A stretch of 32,000 bases of DNA from Tannockella kyphosi (GTDB lineage: Bacteria > Bacillota_I > Bacilli_A > Erysipelotrichales > Coprobacillaceae): assembly GCF_021054785.1 (NCBI RefSeq), contig NZ_CP088239.1:300001-332000 (forward strand), given 5' to 3'. The position numbers were made by a program, and so were the translations under genes. Positions 8,016 through 16,398 of the stretch are shown here, in pieces; positions within the stretch are counted from its first letter, which is position 1; each line of letters begins with the position of its first letter. The notes below the pieces were generated by a model, which worked only from the letters and a program-made list of their open reading frames with translations, had not been told where the DNA came from and searched no databases.

Positions 8016-9293
8016 GTGATGAAAATGGTAAGGATGAAGAAAAGAGGAAAAGTGTTTATTGGTTGTGTTTTGCTGCTTATTAGTTATGGAGTTTACACAC
8101 TAATTAATTCTATTGAATTTGAAGAAGAAGTGGCTATTGAAGAATTGATAGTAGAGATGGAGATAGTGAATGTTGATATTGATTTTTTGTTGTGGTTAAA
8201 TGAAAACTATGGTGAGGAGTTTTTAGTATTTTATGATTGTTATCTTGCTGGTTTTGAAGAAGTACCATGGCATGAGTGTTTTGGCATGTCTTATTTGGTT
8301 TTATGTGATGAGTATAATGGAATAGAGGAAAGTATTGAAGTATCAGGAAATACTATTTCTTTTTTAGGAGATGTTTCTTTTGCGGATAATTATGATGGTG
8401 GTCAAGCTGTTGATGAAAGAGGAATAGGTATTGAAGGTGTGTTGTCTAGAGATGTTCTGGATTATTTGTTTGAGCAGAGCTTAGTTATTGCGAATGCTGA
8501 ATTTGCAGTAGGTGAAGGTGGTAGTCCTTTGGAGGATAAGTACTATACATTTATTGGAACTAGTGAAAAAGCAGCACTTTTTCAAGATATGAATGTTGGT
8601 TTGGTGACGTTAGCGAATAATCATATTTATGATTATGGTGGCGAAGTGTTTAGTCAAACTTTGGAGATTTATGATGATTTGGGGATTGAAACAATAGGTG
8701 CTGGTGAAAATATTGAAGAAGCGTCACAAGCTGCTTATTATATAGTAGATGGATATAAGTTTGCTTTTGTAAATGCTAATCGTAGCGAAAAAACGATATT
8801 AACACCTGGGGCAACAGAAGATTCTGCAGGGGTTGTACGTTGTTATGATCCTGAATATTTTATTTCTATGATTGAAACGGAAGAAGAAAAAGCGGATTAT
8901 GTAATTGCTATTGTTCATTGGGGAACAGAATACTCAGAAGAGATTGAAGATGTTATGTTAGAAACGAGTCATTTATATATTGATGCCGGAGCGGATGCAA
9001 TAGTGGGGCATCATGCACATGTTTTACAAGGGATTGAGTATTATGATGGGAAACCTATCTTTTATAATCTAGGAAATTTTTTGTTTAATGATAAAACCTT
9101 AGATACAGCAATCGTGACTCTTGAAATAGAAGAAGATGGTAGTTTAGAGTATATATTTTTGCCTTGTCTTCAAGAAGATGTTTTCACAAATTTTGTATAT
9201 GATCAAGATGCATTGGATTTGATAGAGAAAATGAATGGATGGGGAATTAATGCCTATATTGATGAACAAGGAAACGTATTAGAAAAGGAGTAA
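8016..9293 (+). CDS. CapA/PgsA-family metallophosphatase-like protein with an N-terminal membrane anchor
   Basis: It carries LGDVSFADNY, LANNHIYDYG, IVHWGTEYSEE and GHHAHVLQG...YNLGNFLF, which are hallmarks of the PGA_cap (CapA) family. One N-terminal TM helix is present. The start is uncertain (GTG 8016, or ATG 8019, 8025 or 8034). No capB or capC gene is nearby. Confidence 0.8.
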   Translation: MMKMVRMKKRGKVFIGCVLLLISYGVYTLINSIEFEEEVAIEELIVEMEIVNVDIDFLLWLNENYGEEFLVFYDCYLAGFEEVPWHECFGMSYLVLCDEYNGIEESIEVSGNTISFLGDVSFADNYDGGQAVDERGIGIEGVLSRDVLDYLFEQSLVIANAEFAVGEGGSPLEDKYYTFIGTSEKAALFQDMNVGLVTLANNHIYDYGGEVFSQTLEIYDDLGIETIGAGENIEEASQAAYYIVDGYKFAFVNANRSEKTILTPGATEDSAGVVRCYDPEYFISMIETEEEKADYVIAIVHWGTEYSEEIEDVMLETSHLYIDAGADAIVGHHAHVLQGIEYYDGKPIFYNLGNFLFNDKTLDTAIVTLEIEEDGSLEYIFLPCLQEDVFTNFVYDQDALDLIEKMNGWGINAYIDEQGNVLEKE

Positions 9294-9307
9294 ATCTCCT
9301 TTTTTTG
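9284..9307 (+). terminator. Terminator after the capA-like gene
   Basis: Stem aaaggag (9284-9290), loop taaat, stem ctccttt, then a T-run to 9306. The stop codon lies in the loop. Confidence 0.55.
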
Positions 9308-9355
9308 TTATAATAGGATGAATATGTATTGTTTAGACAAAAAAATTATTAATTC

Positions 9356-9441
9356 GTTAGCAAAAGCTAACAAATATTGGAAATAATGCTTGACACGTCA
9401 CACCTAATATAATATAGTGGTTATAGTTAGTTTTAGCTAAC
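9356..9441 (+). promoter_or_regulatory. feo promoter flanked by two copies of a 16-bp palindromic operator-like box
   Basis: Box 1 is GTTAGCAAAAGCTAAC (9356-9371), with perfect 6-bp arms. Box 2 is GTTAGTTTTAGCTAAC (9426-9441), and its reverse complement matches box 1 at 14 of 16 positions. Between them lie TTGACA (9390-9395), a 17-nt spacer and TATAGT (9413-9418). Confidence 0.55.
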
Positions 9442-9454
9442 GGTGGAGGTAAGT

Positions 9455-9682
9455 ATGGAAACTGTCAAAACATCATTGGTTGACGCAGAAATTGGTACAA
9501 CATATACAATAAAAGAATTGGTTACTGATGATGAGGAACTAGAAAGCTTCTTATTCACATTAGGTTGTTATGTAGGACAACCAGTAGTTATTGTTTCAAA
9601 AAAAGGCAATGGTTATGTTATATCTGTCAAAGATAGTCGTTATAACATTGATCAACAACTAGCTAGTTGTATTCGAGTGTAG
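9455..9682 (+). CDS. feoA: Ferrous iron transport protein A
   Basis: It is small and SH3-like (FeoA family) and sits directly upstream of feoB. The ORF-track start is GTG 9443. ATG 9455 is preferred because GGAGG (9445-9449) lies 5 nt upstream of it. Confidence 0.85.
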   Translation: METVKTSLVDAEIGTTYTIKELVTDDEELESFLFTLGCYVGQPVVIVSKKGNGYVISVKDSRYNIDQQLASCIRV

Positions 9683-9741
9683 AAAGTACACTCTATTTTT
9701 TAAGGAAGAGTTAGTCATCACTAACAAAGGGAGGAATTAAA

Positions 9742-11721
9742 ATGAGAATCGCGCTTGTCGGGAATCCAAACAGTGGGAAAACAACACTGTATAACGTATT
9801 AACAGGAAGTAGTGAAAAAGTAGGGAACTGGGCAGGGGTTACAGTTGACCGAAAAGAAAGCACAATGAAATCATCATTTAGTGATGGAACAGAAGTTGTT
9901 GCTGTAGATTTACCAGGTGCATATTCAATGTCACCATTTACAAATGAAGAAAGTATTACTAGTGATTTTGTAAAAGAATCTAATGTTGCTGCAATTATTA
10001 ATGTTGTAGATGCAACAAACTTAAGCAGAAGTTTGTTTTTTACAACGCAAATGTTGGAATTAGGAATTCCTGTAATTGTAGCATTAAATAAAAGTGATTT
10101 AGCTGCCAAAAAAGGTGTAGTTATAGATGTAGAACAATTATCTCAAAAATTAGGATGTTCTGTAGTAGAAACAATATCTGTTGATGCTGGAAATCCAGGA
10201 TTAGTTACATTAGTTCAAGAAGCTATCAAACACGCAGGTGAAACACAAGTTGCACCTTATACAAAAGCTAATGTAGATTTATCAGATAAAGATGCAGTAC
10301 AAACTGCAGATAAAGAAAGATTTGAATTTGTGAATGAAGTTGTAGCAGCAGTAGAAAAAAGAGCTACTGAAACTAGTGAAGCAACTTCTCAAGATAAAAT
10401 TGATGCAATTGTTACAAACCCAGTTGTTGGTTTAGTGATTTTTGCAGCTGTTATGTATGCAGTATTCTCTATTTCACAAGCATATGTTGGACCATATATT
10501 GCAGATATGTTATGTGGTTGGATTGAAGGATTTGCTGAAGTAGTAGGTGGAATGGTTGAAAGTGCTTCACCATTTTTACAAGCATTATTAGTTGATGGTA
10601 TTATTGGTGGGGTTGGAGCTGTAGTTGGTTTCTTACCATTAGTAATGGTTATGTATTTCTTAATTGCGTTATTAGAAGATTGTGGTTACATGGCACGTGT
10701 TGCTGTAGTAATGGATCCTTTCTTTAAAAAAGTAGGTTTATCAGGTAAATCAATCATTCCAATGATTATTGGTACTGGTTGTGCGATTCCTGGGGTTATG
10801 GCAAGTCGTACTATTAAAAACGAAAGAGAACGTCGTACTACTGCTATGTTAACACCATTTATGCCTTGTGGTGCTAAGTTACCAGTTATTGCTTTATTTG
10901 CTGGAGTATTCTTTGATAATGCTGGATGGGTTAGTCCATTAATGTATTTTACAGGGATTGCTATTATTTTCTTAGGAGCTTTATTAACATTACAAATTAC
11001 TGGTCATAAATATCGTAAATCATTCTTTATTATTGAATTACCAGAATATAAAATTCCAAGTCTTAAATTTGCAACTATGTCAATGTTACAAAGAGGGAAA
11101 GAATTCATTATTAAAGCAGGGACAATTATCTTAGTATGTAATGCAGGTGTTCAAATTATGCAATCATTTGACTTTAGCTTACAATTAGTTGCTGAAACAG
11201 CACAAGATACTTCAATCTTAGCTGCTATTTCTAGTCCATTTGCTATCTTATTTGTACCTTTAGGGTTTGGAGCTTGGCAATTAGCTGCTGCTGCTATTAC
11301 TGGATTTATCGCAAAAGAAAATGTAGTAGGTACATTAGCTGTAGTTTATGGAATTACTAACTTTATTGATACAGAAGAATTAGCTTTAATGAGTGGTTCA
11401 ACTGAAGTAGCTACAATTATGGGTCTTACTAAAGTAGCTGCATTAGCTTACTTAATGTTTAACTTATTTACACCACCTTGCTTTGCAGCAATTGGTGCAA
11501 TGAATGCAGAAATGCGTGATAAAAAATGGTTATGGGGTGGAATTGGTTTACAATTTGCAACAGGATATGTAGTAGCATTCTTCGTTTATCAAATTGGAAC
11601 ATTAATCACTTTAGGAACATTAGGAGATGGTTTCATTGCTGGTTTAGTTGTTGTTGTAATGATTGTTGGTTTTGTAGCTAGCTTAATTATGAAAACAAAA
11701 AAAGAAATGAAGCAAGCTTAA
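9742..11721 (+). CDS. feoB: Ferrous iron transport protein B (GTPase plus permease)
   Basis: 659 aa. It has the N-terminal G-domain motifs GNPNSGKTT, DLPG and NKSD, followed by a polytopic permease domain. Confidence 0.95.
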   Translation: MRIALVGNPNSGKTTLYNVLTGSSEKVGNWAGVTVDRKESTMKSSFSDGTEVVAVDLPGAYSMSPFTNEESITSDFVKESNVAAIINVVDATNLSRSLFFTTQMLELGIPVIVALNKSDLAAKKGVVIDVEQLSQKLGCSVVETISVDAGNPGLVTLVQEAIKHAGETQVAPYTKANVDLSDKDAVQTADKERFEFVNEVVAAVEKRATETSEATSQDKIDAIVTNPVVGLVIFAAVMYAVFSISQAYVGPYIADMLCGWIEGFAEVVGGMVESASPFLQALLVDGIIGGVGAVVGFLPLVMVMYFLIALLEDCGYMARVAVVMDPFFKKVGLSGKSIIPMIIGTGCAIPGVMASRTIKNERERRTTAMLTPFMPCGAKLPVIALFAGVFFDNAGWVSPLMYFTGIAIIFLGALLTLQITGHKYRKSFFIIELPEYKIPSLKFATMSMLQRGKEFIIKAGTIILVCNAGVQIMQSFDFSLQLVAETAQDTSILAAISSPFAILFVPLGFGAWQLAAAAITGFIAKENVVGTLAVVYGITNFIDTEELALMSGSTEVATIMGLTKVAALAYLMFNLFTPPCFAAIGAMNAEMRDKKWLWGGIGLQFATGYVVAFFVYQIGTLITLGTLGDGFIAGLVVVVMIVGFVASLIMKTKKEMKQA

Positions 11722-11722
11722 A

Positions 11723-11902
11723 ATGATTAACATTATTGTTATACTTATACTTACTGTTGTTATTGGACTACCTATTGCTTATTTAGTTCGTGCCAAGAAA
11801 AATGGTATTGCATGTGTTGGTTGTGGAGCAAGTGGCACTTGTAAAGGTAGTTGCCATGATGAGCCTTCTAAATCACTGCATGATTTGTATTATGATAAAT
11901 AG
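11723..11902 (+). CDS. FeoB-associated Cys-rich small membrane protein (59 aa)
   Basis: It is not in the ORF track. My translation is MINIIVILILTVVIGLPIAYLVRAKKNGIACVGCGASGTCKGSCHDEPSKSLHDLYYDK. It has one TM helix and then a CxxC...C...C cluster. It starts 1 nt after the feoB stop, the usual position for the FeoB-associated Cys-rich membrane protein family. Confidence 0.75.
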   Translation: MINIIVILILTVVIGLPIAYLVRAKKNGIACVGCGASGTCKGSCHDEPSKSLHDLYYDK

Positions 11903-11907
11903 TAACT

Positions 11908-11934
11908 AAGGAGTAGTCTAACTACTCCTTTTAT
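11908..11934 (+). terminator. Terminator of the feo operon
   Basis: A perfect 10-bp stem, aaggagtagt (11908-11917) and actactcctt (11921-11930), with loop cta, followed by a T-rich tail. Confidence 0.75.
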
Positions 11935-11992
11935 TATGGGTGAAAGTGACATTGTTATTGTTTGATTTTATGGGTTTTTTTGTAAGAAATAA

Positions 11993-12020
11993 TTGTAATA
12001 TCATAATGCTATGATATAAT
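11993..12020 (+). promoter_or_regulatory. Putative promoter of the FNT gene
   Basis: TTGTAA (11993-11998), a 16-nt spacer, then TGaTATAAT, an extended -10 with its hexamer at 12015-12020. Confidence 0.55.
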
Positions 12021-12059
12021 GATTCAGTTAAAAGAGAAGATAAATAAGGGGATAAAAAG

Positions 12060-12701
12060 ATGCTTAATAAATATTTACCTGCGTTTTTAAAAGCTATTAT
12101 GGCTGGTATTATGATTTCTATAGGAGCGTGTGCCTATTTAGGGTTAGAGAATCATACTTTAGGAGCAATGTTGTTTACAATTGGTTTGTTTACAATTTAC
12201 TCATTGGATTTTTATTTATTTACTGGAAAAGTTGGATATTTGGTTGATGATCCAAACATAAAACAAATTATTGTAATATGGTGTGGGAATTTTGTAGGAA
12301 CATTTATTAGTGCAAAAGCTGTATTATTAACTAGAATGGTTGAAACAACTGAAATATTAGAAAATGTTACTCATTATGCAGAAGTAAAATTAACAGATGG
12401 ATATGTTAGTATTTTTATTTTAGGTATCCTTTGTGGAATTATGATGTATATTGCAGCACAGTCTTTTAAAACAGCACATGATACTAACAATAGTGTTGGT
12501 GGATATGTAGGGTTGTTTCTATGTGTTATGATTTTCTTGTTATTAGGTTTTGAACATAGTATTGCAAATATTTTCTATTTCACTTTGGCAGATGTTTGGT
12601 CTGTACATGCATTGATAGCATTAATTGTTGTATCATTTGGAAATGCGGTTGGTGGAATGTTATTTAAATTGATTGCTTTACCAATTAATAATCATCATTA
12701 A
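12060..12701 (+). CDS. Formate/nitrite transporter (FNT) family channel, short form
   Basis: It carries the FNT signatures DFYLFTGK (compare G.eLFTG) and GFEHSIANIFY. It has six hydrophobic helices in 213 aa. Confidence 0.8.
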   Translation: MLNKYLPAFLKAIMAGIMISIGACAYLGLENHTLGAMLFTIGLFTIYSLDFYLFTGKVGYLVDDPNIKQIIVIWCGNFVGTFISAKAVLLTRMVETTEILENVTHYAEVKLTDGYVSIFILGILCGIMMYIAAQSFKTAHDTNNSVGGYVGLFLCVMIFLLLGFEHSIANIFYFTLADVWSVHALIALIVVSFGNAVGGMLFKLIALPINNHH

Positions 12702-12722
12702 GCCTGAAAAGGCTTTTTTTTA
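12700..12722 (+). terminator. Terminator after the FNT gene
   Basis: A short stem, aagcc/ggctt, with loop tgaaaa, followed by a T8 run. Confidence 0.5.
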
Positions 12723-12773
12723 TTGACAAGAAGAACTATCTGTTATAACATATGAATATATATTCATATGTTA
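12723..12773 (+). promoter_or_regulatory. Promoter plus a 28-bp perfect palindromic ArsR/SmtB-type operator
   Basis: TTGACA lies at 12723-12728 and TGtTATAAC at 12741-12749. The palindrome is TAACATATGAATA-TA-TATTCATATGTTA (12746-12773). It overlaps the -10 and +1 region and contains the TGAA-N6-TTCA core seen in CzrA/CadC-type operators. Confidence 0.7.
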
Positions 12774-12783
12774 GGAGAATGGT

Positions 12784-13110
12784 ATGGAAAAGGAAAAGGA
12801 TATTGTAAACAAAGTAATTGATCTTTTACCACCAGATGAATCACTTTATGATTTAGCTGAGTTATTTAAGATATTTGGAGATAGTACTCGTATTAAAATT
12901 TTATATGCTTTATTAGAATCAGAGATGTGTGTACAGGATATAGCATCTGTATTGAATTTAAGTCAATCAGCGATATCTCATCAATTGCGTGTGTTAAAAA
13001 CAAGTAAATTAGTTCGTTTTCGTAGAGAAGGTAAAACAATTATTTATTGTTTGGCTGATGAACATATTAGTGGAATATTAAATTTAGGAATGGAACATTG
13101 TGAGGAATAG
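12784..13110 (+). CDS. ArsR/SmtB family metalloregulator, CzrA-like (alpha5 site)
   Basis: The HTH region is FKIFGDSTRIKILYAL...VQDIA..LNLSQSAISHQLRVLK. The C-terminal DEHISGILNLGMEHCEE fits the alpha5 motif DxHx10Hx2E. The alpha3 position is EMCVQD, with a single Cys, so there is no CadC-type thiolate site. Confidence 0.85.
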   Translation: MEKEKDIVNKVIDLLPPDESLYDLAELFKIFGDSTRIKILYALLESEMCVQDIASVLNLSQSAISHQLRVLKTSKLVRFRREGKTIIYCLADEHISGILNLGMEHCEE

Positions 13111-13112
13111 TT

Positions 13113-13334
13113 ATGAAAAAAACATTTAAGATGGAAGATTTAGAGTGTGCACATTGTGCTGCAAAGATGGAAGATGCAATAAGTAAATTAGATGGGGTAG
13201 TTTTAGTGAGAATTAGTTTTTTAACTCAAAAATTCACATTTGAATGTGATGATGCATTATTTGAACAAAGTTTAAAAGAGGCTTGTAAGATTGTAAAGAA
13301 AATAGAACCTGATTGTACTGTTTTGGTGAAATAA
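13113..13334 (+). CDS. Stand-alone heavy-metal-associated (HMA) domain protein
   Basis: 73 aa. It has a ferredoxin-like HMA pattern with the CxxC motif LECAHCAAKME. Confidence 0.8.
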   Translation: MKKTFKMEDLECAHCAAKMEDAISKLDGVVLVRISFLTQKFTFECDDALFEQSLKEACKIVKKIEPDCTVLVK

Positions 13335-13335
13335 A

Positions 13336-15156
13336 ATGACTAAAAAACAAAAAAGAAGAAGAAATCAAATCATTTTTGCTGCTTTTTGTTATCTTATTTA
13401 TATTTTGATAGATGTAGACTTCTTTTTACAATTCTTATTAGCGTTAGCTATCTATATTTATATAGGAAAAGATGTATTAAAAAGAGCACTTTCTAATATC
13501 AAAAGAAAACAAATATTTGATGAAAACTTTTTAATGACAATAGCTACTATTGGAGCTTTTGGATGTGGTGAATTTAGTGAAGCTATTGCAGTTATGTTGT
13601 TTTATCAAATAGGTGAATTATTTGAAAGTATTGCAGTTGGAAAGAGTCGTCAATCGATTCAAGAACTATTAGAATTAAAAGTAGAAGAAGTTTATGTATT
13701 GGATGGAAGTGATTTTGTTGTAAAAGAGATTGAAGATATTGTGATAGGAGATATTGTTCTTGTAAAGGCAGGGCAAAAGATAGGTGTTGATGGAATTGTG
13801 TTAGAGGGGCAAGGTTATGTAGATATGGCTGCTTTAACTGGAGAATCGTTACCTGTTTTTGTGGATGTAAATCAAGAGGTACTAAGCGGTAGTATAAGTG
13901 TGGATGGTGCTTTGCAAATTCAAGTTTCTAAGTTGTATGAAGATAGTACGGTAGCTAAAATATTAGAGATGGTTGAAAATGCGGTAGAAAAGAAAGCAAA
14001 AGCAGAAAACTTTATTACTAAATTTGCTAGATATTATACACCTTCCGTTGTTTTTTTAGCATTAGCGTTGGTTGTGATACCGAGTTTATTTGTTGGAGAT
14101 TTCTTAGTATGGTTACAAAGAGCTTGTGTGTTTTTGGTTGTTTCTTGCCCGTGTGCACTTGTTATATCAGTACCCCTAACATTCTTTGGGGGAATTGGTA
14201 AAGCTTCTAGAAACGGTATTTTAGTAAAAGGAAGCAATTATTTAGAAGCGTTAGCGAATGTAGAACTAGTAAGTTTTGATAAAACAGGAACTTTAACGAA
14301 AGGTGAATTTGTTGTTAAGGAAGTAGTTAGTAAAGCTATGAGTCAGGAAAATGTATTAGCTTATATGGCTTTATTAGAAAAAAATAGTAATCATCCGATA
14401 TCCAAAGCAATAATAGCAGCTAACACAAACGAATTAAACGAAGTGATAAGTACGAATCATCATGAAATAGCGGGTAAAGGAATCTATGCCCTAGTGGATA
14501 ACCAAGAAGTGTTGGTGGGTAATGCGAATCTTATGTTGGAAAAGGATATTGATTATCCAAAGGTAGAAGTAGGTACGGTTGTTTATCTTGCAATAAACAA
14601 GGAGTGTATGGGATATGTTTTATTAGAAGATGAAATAAAAGATTCAGCAATATCGTTTGTTTCCTATTTGAATAAAAGTAAAATTGATACATTGATATTA
14701 ACTGGAGATAATGATCAAGTAGCTAATAAGGTTCAACAAACATTAGGAGTAAAACAAGTAAAAGCTAATTTATTACCAGCTGATAAAGTTGTGGAAATAG
14801 AAAAATGTTTTATGAATAAAAATAAAGGTTCTATAGTTTTTATCGGAGATGGTATGAATGATGCACCTGTATTATCTAGAGTAGATATTGGTATTAGTAT
14901 GGGGCAAATAGGTAGTGATGTAGCGATTGAAGCTAGCGATATCGTAATTATGGATGATGATTTATTAAAAGTTCAAAAAGCAATAGAAATTGCCAAAAGA
15001 ACAATGTCTATTGTTCATCAAAATATTATCTTTGCCTTATCTGTTAAAATCAGTATTTTAATATTATCTACATTTGGAATCGTTGGTATGTGGGCTGCGG
15101 TTTTTGGAGATGTAGGAGTTAGTATCATTGCAATTATTAATGCAAGGAGAGTTTAA
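13336..15156 (+). CDS. P1B-2-type heavy-metal (Zn/Cd/Pb-type) translocating ATPase
   Basis: It carries CPC in TM6 (VSCPCALVIS), the phosphorylation site DKTGTLT and the hinge GDGMNDAP. The TM7 motif is N-x7-K (NIIFALSVK) and the TM8 motif is DxG (GDVGVS). These are the P1B-2 signatures. The polypeptide has no N-terminal HMA domain. Confidence 0.9.
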   Translation: MTKKQKRRRNQIIFAAFCYLIYILIDVDFFLQFLLALAIYIYIGKDVLKRALSNIKRKQIFDENFLMTIATIGAFGCGEFSEAIAVMLFYQIGELFESIAVGKSRQSIQELLELKVEEVYVLDGSDFVVKEIEDIVIGDIVLVKAGQKIGVDGIVLEGQGYVDMAALTGESLPVFVDVNQEVLSGSISVDGALQIQVSKLYEDSTVAKILEMVENAVEKKAKAENFITKFARYYTPSVVFLALALVVIPSLFVGDFLVWLQRACVFLVVSCPCALVISVPLTFFGGIGKASRNGILVKGSNYLEALANVELVSFDKTGTLTKGEFVVKEVVSKAMSQENVLAYMALLEKNSNHPISKAIIAANTNELNEVISTNHHEIAGKGIYALVDNQEVLVGNANLMLEKDIDYPKVEVGTVVYLAINKECMGYVLLEDEIKDSAISFVSYLNKSKIDTLILTGDNDQVANKVQQTLGVKQVKANLLPADKVVEIEKCFMNKNKGSIVFIGDGMNDAPVLSRVDIGISMGQIGSDVAIEASDIVIMDDDLLKVQKAIEIAKRTMSIVHQNIIFALSVKISILILSTFGIVGMWAAVFGDVGVSIIAIINARRV

Positions 15157-15179
15157 AAGCTAGCGAAAGCTAGCTTTTT
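15156..15179 (+). terminator. Terminator after the ATPase gene
   Basis: Stem aaagctagc (15156-15164), GAAA loop, stem gctagcttt (15169-15177), then a T-run. Confidence 0.75.
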
Positions 15180-15216
15180 ATGATAGGATATTTAACAAAA
15201 GGAAGGGTGTTTTATA

Positions 15217-16398
15217 ATGTATGATGTAATAATTATAGGAGCTGGGCCAGCAGGTTTAATGGCAGCTAATGTTTTAAAAGGAAGTAATTTATTAGTTTTA
15301 GAAAAAAAAGAAAAGGCTGGTAAAAAGCTATTGATTACAGGTGGTGGTCGTTGTAATTTAACAAACCTAAAAGATAATCAATCTTTTTTAGAAGAAATAG
15401 AACATAATCAAAAAGCATTATTTAGCACTTTAAATAATTTTGGTCCTTATGATATCTTTGATTTTTTTCATCAAGAAGTGCCTTTAGAAACAGTAGAAGA
15501 AGATCAAGTTTTCCCAATATCAAATAAAGCAAACGATATCTTAAATCATTTATTAAAAGATATAAAAAATAAAATTCAATATCATAGTGATGTAAAAGAA
15601 ATTAGAGATTGTACAACGTATATAGAAGTAGAGACTACTAATCAAGTCTATCAAGCATCTTATGTAATTGTTGGAACAGGAGGAGCTAGTTATTCAATGA
15701 CTGGTAGTAGTGGCGATCATATGCATCTAGCACGCATGTTAGAACAACCTACAATCCCTTTATTTCCTGCAGAAACTAGTATTCTACTAAAAGAACAAAA
15801 CAATCTAGCTGGAACAAGTTTCCCTAACACAAAAATCTCTTTTTCTAAAATAGAAAAAACAGGACACTTAATGTTTACCCATAAAGGATTAAGTGGTTTA
15901 TCAGCAATGAAATGTAGTGAATATGTTTATTTACAAAAACCAAAAGAAATTATAGTAGATTTTAATACTCAATTAGAAAAAGAAACGATTGTTGATTTGT
16001 TTTCTACCCATCGTGAAAAAGGACCTGTCAATGTACTAGCAATGTTATTTACGAAACGATTCAGTGAGTATCTTATTGAAAAAGCAGAGATAACGCAACA
16101 AAAATGCAAACAATTAAACAAAGCAGAAATAGATAAGATAATAGTACATATAAAAGAACATCCTTTTGAACTAAAAGGTGTAGAGAAATTAGAAAAGGCT
16201 TATGTTACAGGTGGAGGTATTGATGTCAGAGGATTACATATGAAAAGTTTCTTATCGAAAACGCATCCCCATATTGCTTTTGTAGGGGAGTGTGTTGATA
16301 TTCATGGACCTATTGGTGGTTATAATATTACTTTGGCTTTATCAAGTGGTTATAGTGCAGCTCTTGCAATCCAAAATAAACTTGAGGAATTACTATGA
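15217..16398 (+). CDS. HI0933/BaiN/aminoacetone-oxidase-family FAD flavoprotein
   Basis: The N-terminal dinucleotide fold is YDVIIIGAGPAGLMAA. The family-typical TGGGRCNLTN motif and a C-terminal GEC.D..GP.GGYN motif are both present. Confidence 0.85.
   Translation: MYDVIIIGAGPAGLMAANVLKGSNLLVLEKKEKAGKKLLITGGGRCNLTNLKDNQSFLEEIEHNQKALFSTLNNFGPYDIFDFFHQEVPLETVEEDQVFPISNKANDILNHLLKDIKNKIQYHSDVKEIRDCTTYIEVETTNQVYQASYVIVGTGGASYSMTGSSGDHMHLARMLEQPTIPLFPAETSILLKEQNNLAGTSFPNTKISFSKIEKTGHLMFTHKGLSGLSAMKCSEYVYLQKPKEIIVDFNTQLEKETIVDLFSTHREKGPVNVLAMLFTKRFSEYLIEKAEITQQKCKQLNKAEIDKIIVHIKEHPFELKGVEKLEKAYVTGGGIDVRGLHMKSFLSKTHPHIAFVGECVDIHGPIGGYNITLALSSGYSAALAIQNKLEELL

Noticed and set aside
9711-10109. 132-aa minus-strand ORF from the track
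   Set aside because: It is entirely antisense to the strongly supported FeoB G-domain. It has low-complexity composition, no RBS and no recognisable motif, so it is a shadow ORF.
14034-14237. 67-aa minus-strand ORF
   Set aside because: It is antisense inside the P-type ATPase across its CPC region, so it is a shadow ORF.
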